A stretch of 64,000 nucleotides of DNA, taken from NCBI GenBank assembly GCA_951406725.2, contig OX597827.1, forward strand, positions 36,890,001-36,954,000. The letters run 5' to 3'. This DNA is from Octopus vulgaris. Taxonomy: Eukaryota. Positions 11,330-24,680 of this stretch are shown here, piece after piece. The translations under genes and the position numbers were made by a program. The notes beneath the pieces are model-generated. The model was given only the letters and a program-made list of their open reading frames with translations. It ran no database searches and had not been told where the DNA came from. Numbering within the stretch: position 1 is the stretch's first letter; every line of letters begins with the position of its first letter.

Positions 11330-14230
11330 CATTTTATAAATGTTGATTAATGAATTAAAAATAAGTGTCAGTAATTGGTTAATGATTTAAACTGGAGTTA
11401 TATTTTACAATGAAAAGTTTCTTTGTAGTTCTTTCATATTTTCTGCATATTAATATAATGGGGACAAGTTTAAAATTTAGTTGTTGACTTCCTGCACATT
11501 TATCTCCCTGAGGTGATTTTTTCTAGTGTTTGGATCATGTATTTGTTATTGGTAAACCATTATGCATTTTCCAGATTATGCCCGTTTGATCCATATAATT
11601 CTCACTACCCCAACAGCATATGATGTAAATTCAGGTTTCTGAAAGGAACGAGAAGTTATTCTTTAATTTGCCCTGAGATGTTATTTATATTTTTTATATT
11701 TCTATATTGAATACTTGTTAAAGTTTCTTTAGTGAATGTTGCTGTTTTTTTTTTTAAGATTCTTTTCATTTTAGGATCACATTTTAACAGGGGTGAATTT
11801 TGCTAATTACATTAATGACCTTAATAATCTTAGGGTTGTTGACTGAAATGCATGGTAAAACATTTGTTTCTGTTTTAGTTGTTACAGTTTTTAGATCTCT
11901 GACATCATTAACCTCTGCTTTTTTTTAATTGTATTATTAATTATTGATGGTGGACAATGCTTTCCAGTCAGAATAACCAGTCTTTTCTTCTGGGTGTTTG
12001 GAATTGATATAAGGATGCATATTCTTTTAGCTATATTGTACAGGATAATGACTTTCATGAGTTATGGGTGGTATGAAGTGAAAAGTTAATATTGATTTCA
12101 AATTTTGGCACAAGGCCAGCAATTTCAGGGGAAGGAGTAAGTTGACTACATTAACACCAGCTGGTACTTATTTTGTTAATATTAATACTGTTACAAGTCT
12201 GTCAGTTTATAATATACATCTGACTCAATCCTATTCTATTTTTCATAGCTAATATATCTAAAAGGAGTTATTTATCCTTGTTGTATCCTTGTTGACAATT
12301 GTTTTTTCTAATTTTCCTTCAGAATTTTTGGCATATTTTAATGCCAAGGTATCCCATTTTTGAATTTGCATACATTGGGGCATACGTTGTCATTCCTAAT
12401 TTTTTCTTATATATTACTTGATCAAAATTTTAAATATTGTTTTGTTGAATAAAATGAAGGTTTCAATAATAAACTTTTTGTATGCAACCTGGTGACTGAT
12501 AAGGATATATATTAAGCCAAAAATGCATTGCTTCTATTTTATATTCATGTGATATATTTGAATATAGGTTTATCATATCAAAAGAAACTATTGAGGTTTC
12601 TTTAGTTCCTGCACATTGAAGGTGTTCTTAATATATCCAAGTTGTCTCTTATGTAGCTCTGTATACGTTTCAAATATTATTTTGCTAAGATGTCCAAAAC
12701 TTGCTCAATTGCTGAGTTTCACAAGATGGCCCTACCACTATTGGCTGTAATTTGAAATCATTTGTGTGGAGAACATTTAAGCAAGAAAAAGAGGATTCTT
12801 TTATATTGTTCATAACATTACATTTGAGAATTTTTAGTAGTTCATAAAAATAACTCGTTGAACATCTAAAATTAATCAAATAGTTGTACTCTTTATCTGT
12901 TAAATCTTTATTGCATATATTGAGTAAGACATTAAGTTTTTCTATTATTTTTCTGCTGATTTGAGTGGTTAATTTTTTTCATTTCTACTGTTATCCTCAA
13001 GTATGGTTTGTGTAAGATTTAAAAAATAGGTTGTATCCATCGCAACCATAGTACTTCCTTTTATCAGCTTATTTTATTACCAGTTTTGAATCTGGTTTCA
13101 ATGCATTAGTATTTTCCCTTTCATTTGTGCTGAAATTAGAACATTTCCTATGTTTTAGTGGAAACTCATGTAGGAAATAAGTTATATGATCACAAAAATT
13201 ATCATGTTCTCTAATCCTACTTTTATATATGGATGATATTTATCCTTATTTCTGACTAAAAATTCATCATCGTTGTCTTTATCAATCAACTTTTCTGTAA
13301 ATCTTAATTTTCAGCCAGTGTCTGTAATATTATCTTTGATCTTGTTGAGATTTGATTTTCTTGGAGTTGGTGTAAAGTTATGTTTGTGGGTTTTTGTTCC
13401 AGCACAACTTTAAATCAAAATTGTTGACTGAGGAGTGTTTGCATCTCTTAAATCAGTTGTTTGTATGCTTTTTGTACTGGTTGGTTAATAGCAATTCCTA
13501 GAGGCTTTCAAATTTTGTTTAATTTTTGACACTGCTGCTGAGAATTTAATCATTTTCCTGTTCATTAACTTTTCTTATGAAGCAAAGTTGTTTATCCACT
13601 TTTTCAGTTAATATCCATAATTTCATTCATAATTATTTCCTTAAGTCTTTTAAAACATCATCATTTGTAACTTTTTTAGTTTTTCCTTTCTTTTTTGGGC
13701 AGGGGTGGGCGGAAGGCATTTTTTTTCACTCATGTGCTAATTGATATAGAAAATGATAAATATCTTTTCAGCTGGAACAAAAATCTATATGTATTAAAAA
13801 CACCTACTTGATTTGGGTCTACTAACATACATGATAATAACTCTCATGCTGCCTAATGAGTCTATAATGAGGTTCCTTCTGGGAAACACAATATATTAAG
13901 ACTAGTATCAAGCCATTACACATGTACATTGTAATGCATATCCCATACAAGTAGTGAAACCAGTTGATAATTATGTATTTTTGTAATTATATACTTTGAA
14001 GTGCTTAATAATGTATTTTAAAATTACTTGAATTTAAAAATATACTTTGGAATATTTAATCTCGAAATAGTATGATTGCAGTGATGTATTTTGTGCATTA
14101 TGATATTTTGATATTATCATATGATATTTTGAAATATGTAGTAATGCATTGTGAAATAATTTGATTGTGGTATTCTGTTTTTCAATACATATTGTATTTT
14201 GAAATGATTTAGAATTAATTAACTGCAATG
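11330..14230 (-). mobile_element. Decayed Penelope-like element (RT + GIY-YIG endonuclease)
   Basis: Minus-strand motifs in the expected order: NFTPTP (13361-13380), ADK/GSTMVAMD (13023-13068), LQPIVVGPSCETQQLSKF (ORF 12685-12879), IVSFDMINLYSNISH (12545-12592), GMTTYAPMYANSKMGYL (12345-12400), FRYI with the DD lost (~12255), IYIICCWGSENYMDQTG (11581-11630). Many stops and frameshifts. Confidence 0.88.
12095..12180 (-). mobile_element. SINE family A 3' fragment inserted in the PLE
   Basis: 'tttcaaattttggcacaaggccagcaatttc...ctggtacttattttg'. Confidence 0.7.
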
Positions 14231-14485
14231 TAAAAGGAACAGTGCATTTTCTTTTTTATCATTATTTTCCCATATTTCCTGACTTGTCTGGGATACTTTT
14301 GACATTTTATGTGTGTGTGTATGTGAATACATATATATATATATATATATATTGCACTAAGAATAAAGTAAAGGTAAAATTACTACCTGCTTTTATAACA
14401 AGTTGATGCAGGTACGTTTATCTCATCCTCCTCAGACTTTTAGTTCATGCAATTGAAAAAACTGCATTATTTATGGGATGACCCA

Positions 14486-14517
<32 letters not shown>

Positions 14518-17016
14518 TTAATGCCAAACATAAGCAGCTTTATGAATTCTAGAGCACAAGAAAAAAAATGTATATTATTATCCTATAAGTCATTGTTTTT
14601 TTAGAGGAGTAGTCCCCTTGGTGGGGTGGGAGCTGGGGTTAAACATTATACTTAAAATTAAAATGGTTTAAAACTTTTTAAACATGTCCAATACCATGGA
14701 AAGAAAGAATAATTTTATTGATACAAAATCTATTTTCTCTTTTCCTTAATAAAGAGAGGGAGGAAGCAAACAATTTCACTATTATTTTTGGTGGTGTCCT
14801 AGGATTTCTCACATGAGAACTACTGCCATAGATTGTTATAAATAATGGTGAAGAATACTGTTATCAATTATACATGGAGACAGAGCGACATATTGGTTGA
14901 GCTGTTGAGTTACTTTCATCATGACATTTTACAGCACTGATAAATGTAAACAAAAACAAAAACAAAAAAAACAACAAGCTAATATATCATTGTAGAAAAT
15001 AATTTGAAATATTTGGAGGAAGTGGATTGAAGAATCATTAAAAAGTCATTAAAATGATTTTTAATATTTTGTAAGATCATGGCATATTTATATTAAAACA
15101 GGAAATTGTAGTGGAGAGAGAGAAAGCTACCTGAAGACAAATATGTGTGAAGTAATAAGCCATTGTAAACAAATGAGGGACAAAAACACATATTGTTGCT
15201 ACATAGTCAAAATAATATAATTCTATTCATAATAATATAATAATAATATAATTCTATATGTTAATCTTGGGAGAGTAAGAACTTATTTGAAGTATCAACA
15301 TTGATGTCTTTCCCTCAAAAGTAACTGTCTATATTTCTAATTGCTTTCTTTTATTTAATAAATGGGATAGTCATGGATATTATTGATGAACTTGCTTGGT
15401 TCTTTAGCTGTAGGATCTTACTTTAATCGAAGCATTGTGTTGACTGTTTGCAAACTGTGAATAGATTAACGCCAACCAATCTAAAGAGCTTACTGAGAAT
15501 AAAATACACTCAGTGAACTCTACAATGTGGTTGATGTTATGAAGGGCAACTAGCTTAGAAACTAAGACAAAAATGAAAGTTATGAGTGAGGTGTGGTCCT
15601 TTAACTCTTCTAAGAGAGTAGCAAAGATCTATCCATCCTACATCAGCATGAAAAGCAAATATAAAATGCTGTTGTTGATGATGAAGATGACAATGGTGAT
15701 AATAATAGTGAGTGTTGGGATGTGAAAGATTACAAATAAAGTGAAGACGGATATAAGAACTCAATACACTAAGATGATGCAAACTTAATACAAACACCAG
15801 GAAAAGAGAAATATAAGTTCAGAGAAATACACTAGTTTGTATTTCACTTGTTTGGAAGATTAGATAAAAGTATATTTGATGGTAAACAAAGGAAACCGTG
15901 TTGTAAGAGGTTATTAATAGTAAGACATGTAAATCAGAGATAAGAAACATGTTTCTTTAGATGTGAACTGTATTTAGCAAGACATTGATTATTGCAGTGC
16001 AATTAAAGTATTAGTAGGGAAACAAGGTGTATAGTTAATTAGCTAATTAGTGAAAGTAAAGTTGAAATAAAAAGATCAAATAAGGTGAGATCTCTTATAT
16101 AATGAATCAATTATGGTAGATATTTAAAAATAAGGAGTCTTATTTGTAAATTTGAAGAATGATAATTTGATTACTAATGGGAATAATTTATAGCTAAATT
16201 TGTAAAATAAAAGTAGGAATTTGGCATGTGTTTATAAAATACACACACACACACATAAATACATATATATATGTATGTGTATATACATACATATATACAT
16301 ACACACACATGTATATATATATTAGTATGCATGTGCGTGTGTTTATATATATCATCATCATCATTATTTAACATCCATCTTCCATGCATGCATGGGTAGG
16401 ACGATTCACACGCACACACACAGACTCTCTCTCTCGCACACACAGAAAGACCACTCTCTCTTTTAAATGAATTCAAAAGTAGTCCATCCTCTATGCCACA
16501 AATAGTAGGTATCATGTGGGTATATTTTAAGGCTTACAGTATATGAAACAGCCATACCAACAAATTTACATCTGAATATTTTATTTATTATTTAAAATTA
16601 TTCTGGTATCTCAGGAAAATTTCATTTTATTTAAAAGAGTCCCCATAACAAATTCCAGAAAGGCAGTTTTCTGCTAGTAGCTAAATAATATTTACATATT
16701 TAATTCCCAGTTTGTGTAATTTTCTTGATATATCACATCTAATTTCCCTTTGTATCCTCTATTCATCTAATAAACTTAGAATAATAGAAAACACCCAAAG
16801 ACAGTATTAAAATTTATGAAAAAATCAGGTATTATGTTGGTTTAACTTAGCCACATAAAAGTTCTCAGTTTTATTATATGTATACATATCAGAAGATTTT
16901 GTACTTTTCAATGACAGTGAACTGGAATGCGTACCTAGTATGTACTGGAAAAAATCAAATTGGAAAGTTCACTGTCGGTTTGAAAACGTCATTTTACAAC
17001 TCATATCTTCTGCATT

Positions 17017-17230
17017 CTGGCAGAAACATTAGCATGCTGGGCGAAATGCTAAGGCGGTATTTTGTCTGTCTTTATGTTCTGAGTTCAAATTCCACCAAGG
17101 CTAACTTTGCCTTTCATTCTTTCAGGGTCAATGAATCAAGTACCAGTTGCATACTGGGGTCGATCTAATCAACTGGCCCCCACCTCTCCAAACAATTTCT
17201 GGCCTTGTGCCTAGAGTAGAAAAGATTATT
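17017..17230 (+). mobile_element. SINE family A
   Basis: 'ctggcagaaacattagcatgctgggcgaaatgc...gagttcaaattccacc...ggccttgtgcctagagtagaaaag'. Confidence 0.85.
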
Positions 17231-17894
17231 TGTCTGTCAATATAGATTTGTACATTTTGTGTGTTTATTTATAAATACACAAAATGTAAAAATGTACAGA
17301 GATGGGAAATGATGTATTTTTTATTCCTGTTCATTATATGAACTATGAAAACAGAACAGTGATCTCAGCAAAGGAATTAACTATTGTAAATATGTAACAG
17401 AGTGTAAGAGAGAGATAAAAGACGAAGATGGAATGCTATCTCATGGTTTTAAATAAAATGGTATCTCACATTGAATTAGAATTAGTTTTCTTCAAAGAAG
17501 TTGCTTGGAAACCAGATTTTAATAAAAACATTAAAATTAGAATTTTTATAAAGTTTTTTTTAGACAGACTTTAATTGCCTTCTTTTAGTAAAAGTTACAT
17601 AATTCCAACTAATTAATAAACAGTTTTCTCCATTGTAATATATCTCAGTGTGTGTGTCTGTATTGCTTTGGTTTCTTTGCTTGCTTGTTGTTAATGACAG
17701 TCCACCAAAGGCATTGACCCAAGGCATAGGAGCAGGATGTCACTGACTAGACTGTTATGGAATAGGCACATCCTCAGTTTTACACACACACACATGGAGA
17801 CAGGGAAAGCCCCCCCCCCAGTTCATCAGGAATCACCACTAAGATGTTTAAGATACCTGATGGAATAGGATATGGCCTAGTCACCTGTATAGTT

Positions 17895-18245
17895 AATCAC
17901 CCATGCTGGTGGCATGTAAAAAGTGTCCTTCAAACATTGGATCTCATGGAGGCAATGATAAGTGCCCAAGACCTTTGACAATATGCCATGTTTGAGAAGA
18001 CCCATTAAGTAAAATCATAGTCAAGTAAAATAATAGTCAAGTAAAATAATAGTCATGGCCAATGCCAGTGTCATGTAACTAGCACCCATGCTGGTAGCAT
18101 GCAAAAAGTACTCATTACACTCTTGCAGTGGTTGGTATAAGGAAGGGCATCCAGCTATAGAAGCCATGCCAAATCAGATTGGAATCTGTTTCAGTTAAGC
18201 TGTCTAACCCATGCCAGCATGGAAAGCAGACACTATATGATAGTA
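17895..18245 (+). mobile_element. RTE-related non-autonomous element, family D
   Basis: 'gctggtggcatgtaaaaag...gtggttggtataaggaagggcatccagctatagaa...ccatgccagcatggaaagcagacac'. Confidence 0.7.
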
Positions 18246-18269
18246 TGTATATATGCAATTACACATGCA

Positions 18270-18470
18270 AAATTTTTCCTTCTCTGAGCTTTTCTATTTT
18301 ACCTTCTGATGAAGAGCTATGCTTGAAATGTTAAAAACCCACTCTTTTTTTCCACCTTTACTGAGCATCAAACTATTATATTTCCTGTGTACGTCCTCTT
18401 GTTGTTTTATTGTTATTTTTTATGTTTGATTGTTAATGTTCAACTTCTAATATTCGATTTGACTATTTAC
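18270..18470 (+). mobile_element. Short PLE-type element with decayed minimal hammerhead (family H1)
   Basis: CTGATGA(18306)-a-gagc-tat-gctt-GAAA-tg-TT; downstream 'ctgagcatcaaacta' is shared with copies at 31335, 50022 and 57885. Confidence 0.65.
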
Positions 18471-18489
18471 ATATGATGATGCATGTATA

Positions 18490-18732
18490 TTGGATTAGTG
18501 CATAATTATTTCGGCTTTCTTTCAACAAATTTTTGTTCAATAAAAACAATAACATGTGACAAAAACATCTTTAAATGATTATTCCATAGCATATTCACCA
18601 TCTACTTCAATTACTGCTTCCCATTTGCTTGGCAGACAGTCAGACTGTCATTTAAAAGTGTTTTTGTTAAATATTGTTTTTTGTGAATAAAATTTGTTGA
18701 AAAAAAAGTCGCAATAATTATGCACCAACCAA
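18490..18732 (-). mobile_element. Internally deleted mariner element / MITE
   Basis: TIRs 'ttggattagtgcataattatt' and 'aataattatgcaccaaccaa', preceded by TA. Minus-strand remnant LPSKWEAVIEVDGEYAME* matches a mariner transposase C-terminus. Confidence 0.85.
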
Positions 18733-18984
18733 TTTATACATATACGCGCATGTGTGTGTGTGTGCATGTGTGTGTGTGTGCGTGTGTGTGTATACAAAGT
18801 GTATCTGCGCAGTTTCTATCAATGAAATTCCCCTGACAAGGTCAATAAGTGGTTATGGTAGATGATACATCCCAATGCTCCACATAATTGTATTAAATCT
18901 GGAACTATGTGGCTGGGATGTGAACTTCTTGACCATTCAAACTAGCAATGCTTATAATGATTTCAATCAATTGATGTTATATGT

Positions 18985-19330
18985 CATCATCATCATCATC
19001 ATTTAACATCCTCTTTCCATGCTGGCATTGACTGAACAGTTTGACAGGATCTGGTGAAATACAGGGCTGCATTGAGTCCCATGTCAGCTTTAGTAAGATT
19101 TCTGTGATTAGATGCTTTTCCTAATTGCAACAACTTTACAGTGTATACTGGGTGCTTTTTTTCATGCTGCTGGCACTTGTGAAGTCACCAAATAGCATGC
19201 AAGACAAGAAAGAAAGAAGAGAAAGGGAAAGGTAAAAACCTTCTGGTGGGAGATGGCTTTCAAACAGGTGTTGAGAGGCTAAAATATGATAGAAGGACAA
19301 GTACAGAAGCCTTGCTGTAGAGAAGACACA
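18985..19330 (-). mobile_element. Family D element, decayed
   Basis: (CAT)n + 'ttaacatcctctttccatgctggcat...gatgcttttcctaat'. Confidence 0.65.
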
Positions 19331-19809
19331 TAATTATTCTGCTTTTATAAGGATGGTTGAGAATAGCTGGGAAGAAAATATGATAGTAGTGATGGAGTAC
19401 CAGAACAAACCCTCAAAGTACAAGAATGTGAGTGAAAGAGAGAATATGGATAGGGATTGAGGATGGGTAGAAGAAGGGGAGATTGTTTTATAAAAGTGTG
19501 AGGAAAGAGGTATAGAGGTTTGAGATGGGGGTGGAGGTGAGTGAAGTGAATGATGAACAAAGTTGGAGGTGTAGTTCATGGGAAATATTAGTATAGAGAG
19601 TGGGGTGAAGTGAGAGAGACAGAAGTGGTGCCCTGGAGGATAGATCACGAAGTAAGGGGATGATGTACAAGGTGTAAAAGCAGCAAGGAGGGAGATTTAG
19701 AGACACATAAAGGTGGCTATTGTGAGTGGGGTATGGTAGTGGATATGATAGAATATTCACAATGGTAGCATATTTGTGAGTTATTCAAATGGAGTATGGG
19801 AGAAGAGAG

Positions 19810-19986
19810 GGTGACATAAAAGCACCCAGTACATTCTGTAAGGTGGTTGGTGCTAGGAAGGGTTCAGCCATAGAAACCATGTCAAAACACACTTGGAACC
19901 TGGGTCGCTCTTCAGTTGACCAATTCCTATCAAACCATCCAAGCATACCAGTATTGAAAATGAAAATGAAATGATGATGATAATGT

Positions 19987-20053
<67 letters not shown>

Positions 20054-20070
20054 GGTGGTGGTGGTGGTGG
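19810..20070 (+). mobile_element. Family D 3' end with expanded (GAT)n(GGT)n tail
   Basis: 'gtggttggtgctaggaagggttcagccatagaaaccatg' followed by a long GAT/GGT array (source of the poly-H ORF). Confidence 0.7.
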
Positions 20071-20482
20071 TCTGTGAAAATAGTGTGGGAAGGGATGATG
20101 ATGAGCATGAGGGATGAAAGTGGCTTCAGAGGTGGGAAAGGGGGTAAAATGGTACACAAAGAATGAATGGCTAGAGATGTAATGTGTGCTGATTATACTT
20201 TCAAATGACATCAGCATCCTCTTACTTCCTGATCTATCCTTCTTAAGCTACAGCAGCCAAAGAGTTCCACAGAATTCTACTGTATTATTTATATTCTGAA
20301 ATGTCTTAACTGAAGAAGGTTTTTATATAAGAGATGAATTAATTTTCCGTCTTGATCTGAAACACATGAATTAAATATATTCAAAATATCAATATTTAGT
20401 TCGACTTCTTTGTTATGTTATACAACTCCAAACCTTACTTTGTTTTCATGGATACCCAAACAAGGTTTGTTTTACTGGACCT

Positions 20483-20810
20483 CATCATCATAATCATCAT
20501 CATCATCGTTTAACGTCCGTTTTCCATGCTAGCGTGGGTTGGACGGTTTGACCGGGGTCTGTGAAGCCAGGGGGCTGCACCAGGCTCCAGTCTGATCTGG
20601 CAGTGTTTCTACAGCTGGATGCCCTTCCTAACGCTAACCGCTCCATGAGTGTAGTGGGTGCTTTTTATGTGCCACTGGCACAGGGGCCAGAGGAGGCTGG
20701 CAAATGGCCACGATTGGTTGGTGCTTTTACTTGTCACCGACACGGACACCAGTCAGGCGGCACTGGCGTCTACCACATTCGGATGGTGCTTTTTACGTGT
20801 CACCAGCATG
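20483..20810 (-). mobile_element. Family D element (young)
   Basis: 'catcatcgtttaacgtccgttttccatgctagc...ctacagctggatgcccttcctaacgc' is the reverse complement of 29290-29460. Confidence 0.85.
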
Positions 20811-20882
20811 AGTATCTTTGAAAATTCTGGTAAAGTGCATCACTTTTAAGCATAACATGCAATATATGTATATGTGTGTGTA

Positions 20883-21430
20883 TCATCATCATCGACATCA
20901 TTTCACATCAGTTCTCCATGCTGGTATATGTTGAACAGTTTGATAGGAGCTGGCCAGCTGGGGAGCTGCCTAGGCTCCATCTGTCTGTTTTGGCATGGTT
21001 TCTGCAGCTGGATACCCTCTCTAGTGCCAACCACTTTATAGAGTGTACTGAGTACTTTAAATGTGGCACCTGCCTGGGCACTTTTGTGCGTAACTGGCAT
21101 GAGCACTTTTATGTACTTTTATGTGGCACTAGCATGGGTATTTTTACATACCACTGACATGAGTGTTTTTGTGTGGCACCAGCACCCATGAGCCCACAAG
21201 ACTAAGATCTCTTTGCTGAAAGAGGGATGTGGAAGACATGGCTTTATGCATGGATGGCCATGATTTTACTTCACCTGACATGTCTTCTCAATTACAGTAA
21301 ACTGCCAGAAATCTCGGTCTCTTGTCATCTGTTTTGTGAGGCTCAACATCTGAAAATCCTTTTTACCACTTTGTCTCATGTCTCGCTGGGTCTATCCCTT
21401 CCACATGTTCTTTCCACAATTAGAGACTAG
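20883..21430 (-). mobile_element. Family D element, decayed
   Basis: Same tail and 'ctgcagctggataccctctctagtgccaacc'; internal 'gtggcac' repeats. Confidence 0.7.
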
Positions 21431-21789
21431 CAAGGGTGTACAAAAAACATGTATGCAATAGGTGTATGTTATGTACTTATATGTTTATGTGTGTGTGTTG
21501 CCCATATGTATATACTTAGTTGTGATCTGAACATAACTGCTTCTCACACAGAGGATTGGGCCCACTTTTGGGCATTCTATTTTCCTTGCTGGAAGGGCAA
21601 AGGGGGGTTATATGATGGGGTGGTGTTTTCAGAAGGGCTGGCATATGCAACCTGATCACCTCTGCCAATCAAACTCCCAATCCATGCACTCCCGTCATGA
21701 CACTGATTCTGTAGAACTGGGTTGGGTATGAAAACCGACTTTAAAGTATAAATATAGATGTTTTTGAATCAACAATGTTGTGTTAGGTT

Positions 21790-22931
21790 AAGTCCTATTT
21801 TAGGTGAAAAATCAATAAATTGATTTCTTATAGGGTTTTCCATTTAATCAGGATAAAGAAATCGATAAACCGATTCCTTATAGGATTTCCCACTAAAATT
21901 GGCTACACCACATTTTCAACCACAACTTTTACCAATTTTGATGTATTTTGCTCAAACTTTATGCCAGCATTACTTTGGACTCATGGGATCTTTGAAGAAT
22001 GAGGGATGGCTGTACGTACACATGCATCATACAGTCTGCCTTTTACTCTGAGCGAGAGGCCTTTTGTCACCAGCAGGGGTAAGAGCTCTCTAAACTTTGC
22101 CCAGGCTATTCTTACTCTAGCAGTTATACTTTCAGCAAACCCACCCCTGCTACTGACTTGGTCACCTAGGTAGCAGAAGCTATCAACTACTTCTAGTTTT
22201 TCTCCCTGGAACGTGGTAGAAGTTGGTCTCTGCACATTTTCAGTGTTTATTGCTCCTGAGCATCTGCCACAGACAAAAACTATTTTCCTAGTTAGCCTTC
22301 CTTTGACATTGCTACACCTCTTATGTGTCCATAGCTTGCACTTGGTGCACCTTATAGAGTTTCTACCTACACCTTTTTTACAGATCGAGCAGGGCCATCT
22401 ACCTGAAGGCGTTTGTGACTTGTCTACTTTCCTACTTATTAGGACTTTGGTTTTGGCTAGGTTGATTCTAAGGCCCTTCAATTCTAAACCTTGCTTCCAC
22501 ACCTGAAACTTCTCCTCCATTTCTGATAGTGACTCAGCAATTAGAGCAAGGTCATCAGCATAGAGGAGCTCCCAGGGGCATCCTGTCTTGAATTCCTCCG
22601 TTATTGCCTGGAGGACTATGATAAATAGGAGGGGACTGAGGACTGAACCTTGGTGGACCCCGACCTCTACCAGGAATTCTTCACTGTACTCGTTCTTCAA
22701 AAACGGAAAAAAAAAAAAAACTATCGAAGAGTGGAAAAAATCGATAAACCGATTCCTTATGAGATTTCCCAATCAAATTGTCTGCAACTCATTTTCAGCC
22801 AAAAGTTTACTAATTTCAACAGATTTCGCTCAAATTTGATGTCGATGCTACTTAGTTTGTTTTGAAATAAAGAGCTTGATTAGCTTAATAATCCTAACTT
22901 AATCCCGAGCAAAGCTGGGTTAGACTACTAG
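21790..22931 (+). mobile_element. Non-autonomous Helitron (3' end clear, 5' end unresolved)
   Basis: 3' hairpin 'cccgagc-aaa-gctggg' followed by CTAG (22928-22931) and T. Internal diverged direct repeats 'aaatcgataaaccgattccttat' at ~21810, ~21860 and ~22738. Confidence 0.7.
22006..22694 (-). mobile_element. RTE-clade LINE internal RT fragment, open frame
   Basis: ORF 21981-22772: GVHQGSVLSPLLF, LLYADDL, a PHD-like Cys cluster (CSICKKGVGRNSIRCTKCKLWTHKRC), FCYLG, RIAWAKF. Truncated at both ends. Confidence 0.93.
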
Positions 22932-22943
22932 TATATATATATA

Positions 22944-23003
22944 TAGTGAGAATTTACAAAAAAACAAAAGATGAAGATGGTTGTGTAAACAATAAACAGA
23001 TGT
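22944..23003 (-). mobile_element. Family H1 3'-terminal fragment
   Basis: Reverse complement of 50165-50221 ('gtttacacacctgtcttcatcttttgttttttttgtaaattctcactatat'). Confidence 0.7.
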
Positions 23004-23026
23004 GTACATATACATATAAACACACA

Positions 23027-23081
<55 letters not shown>

Positions 23082-23118
23082 GTACAGACGGTAGAAAAGT
23101 AACACACAAGTTGAAATG

Positions 23119-23293
23119 TATAAGGAAAATAGGACAAGGTAGAAAATGCTAAAATAATTTTATCATGAAATACATTTTGTGACAGTTTGTACCAGTTTCA
23201 TTTGAAAAGACTGAAACTGGTACTAACTGTCACAAAATGTTTTTCAGGATAAAATTATTTTGGCATTTTCTACCTTGTCTTATTTTCTTTATA
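23119..23293. repeat. Fold-back palindrome (~82-bp arms, 11-nt loop)
   Basis: 23119-23200 vs 23212-23293; centre 'gtaccagtttca-tttgaaaagac-tgaaactggtac'. Confidence 0.9.
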
Positions 23294-23311
23294 TATATAT
23301 TCCATACTGTT

Positions 23312-23420
23312 CATCTGGCTGAGGCTATAGTAGAAGACACTTGCTAAAAGTGCTGCTTTGCAGTGGAGCTGAACCCAAACCCATACAGTTGTAAAGAAAG
23401 TTTCTTAACTACACAGCCAT
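23312..23420 (-). mobile_element. SINE family B head
   Basis: 'gaggctatagtagaagacacttgc...cagtggagctgaaccc...ttcttaactacacagcc'. Confidence 0.7.
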
Positions 23421-23694
23421 ATATATGTATAATTTCATATGTTTTCCTAATTCAAGTTTTTTTATGTCCATACTGAATTTAACATTGATCCATTCTTTGA
23501 AATGCTTTTCACTTATTGTCCCAGAGACAATAAAGCAAAACATTTTGGCCAATGTGCAAACTATATTAAATACCTTTTGTTATTTAGTTGCATTCTTTCA
23601 GGTTTTGAACTCAAATTGCACATTCTTGGTGATCTTCCTAAGGTTTACAAAATTCGTACCAGTCAAGTATAACATAATCAATCCCTGGATATTA

Positions 23695-23940
23695 ATATCT
23701 TGAGTCCAGGGTGTCACAAGGCCAGTTGCCTGGTTTTTATGGCAGAAGTGACCATGACAGATAACATTTATCATGAACAGGTACCAGTCTCTCATAGGGT
23801 TACTCATTTACAACTGAGTGGACTGGAGCAAAGTAAAATGAAGTATTTTGCTGAAGAACAAAATATGCTGTTTGTTCTGGGGATTGAAAGCATGATCCTG
23901 CTATCATGTGTGCAACATCATAACCACTAGGCCATGTGTC
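23695..23940 (-). mobile_element. V-domain-like tRNA SINE (family E), decayed
   Basis: Head 'gacacatggcctagtggtt'; 'ttcttcagcaaaatacttc...ccagtccactcagttgtaaatgagtaaccct'. Confidence 0.65.
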
Positions 23941-24339
23941 TATTAAATTACCCTTATACTTTACTCACTAATTTGTGTCTTTGAACCTTTGTTATTCTGT
24001 TAGAAATCGTTATTAAATAAAGCCTGTACCTTGCCCTGCAATTATGTATTGATGCTATATAATTAAGTTATATCTCATTTAAATATTTCTCTCTACTGCA
24101 CAAAATACTACGCTCAAAAGAAACAGTTAATAAGTCGTTAAAAAGTACAGGAATACAATTTATTACATCTATCAGAATGTATCATGTGTTCATATAAAAT
24201 TTAATTAAGATATTTCTAGAGTTTTAATATTGTTAAACATGATTTAAATTTTAAATTATTAAGCTTATATACAGTATAAAGTTGACATAAATCAGGACAA
24301 TATCACATGAGTTTCTTAGATGTTCTCTTTTATATACAT

Positions 24340-24344
24340 AGAAT

Positions 24345-24406
<62 letters not shown>

Positions 24407-24680
24407 GTATATAATATTTTATTTTTTATTTATGATTTGGTTTATGTCTATCATTGTTTGAATTGCATAATAGTGTTTTTTTTCCTAATTTATATATATA
24501 TATATATATATTTATATATCATCACCATCATCATATATATACATACACATAAACATACATTTTTTCATATATATGTATTTCTTTTTATATATGTACTTAT
24601 ATATATATACATATATGTATACATATATTCATATATATATTCATACATATGTTCATATACATGTATATATATGCAGATTT
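24340..24680. repeat. (TA)n-rich low-complexity tract
   Basis: Direct reading. Confidence 0.9.
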
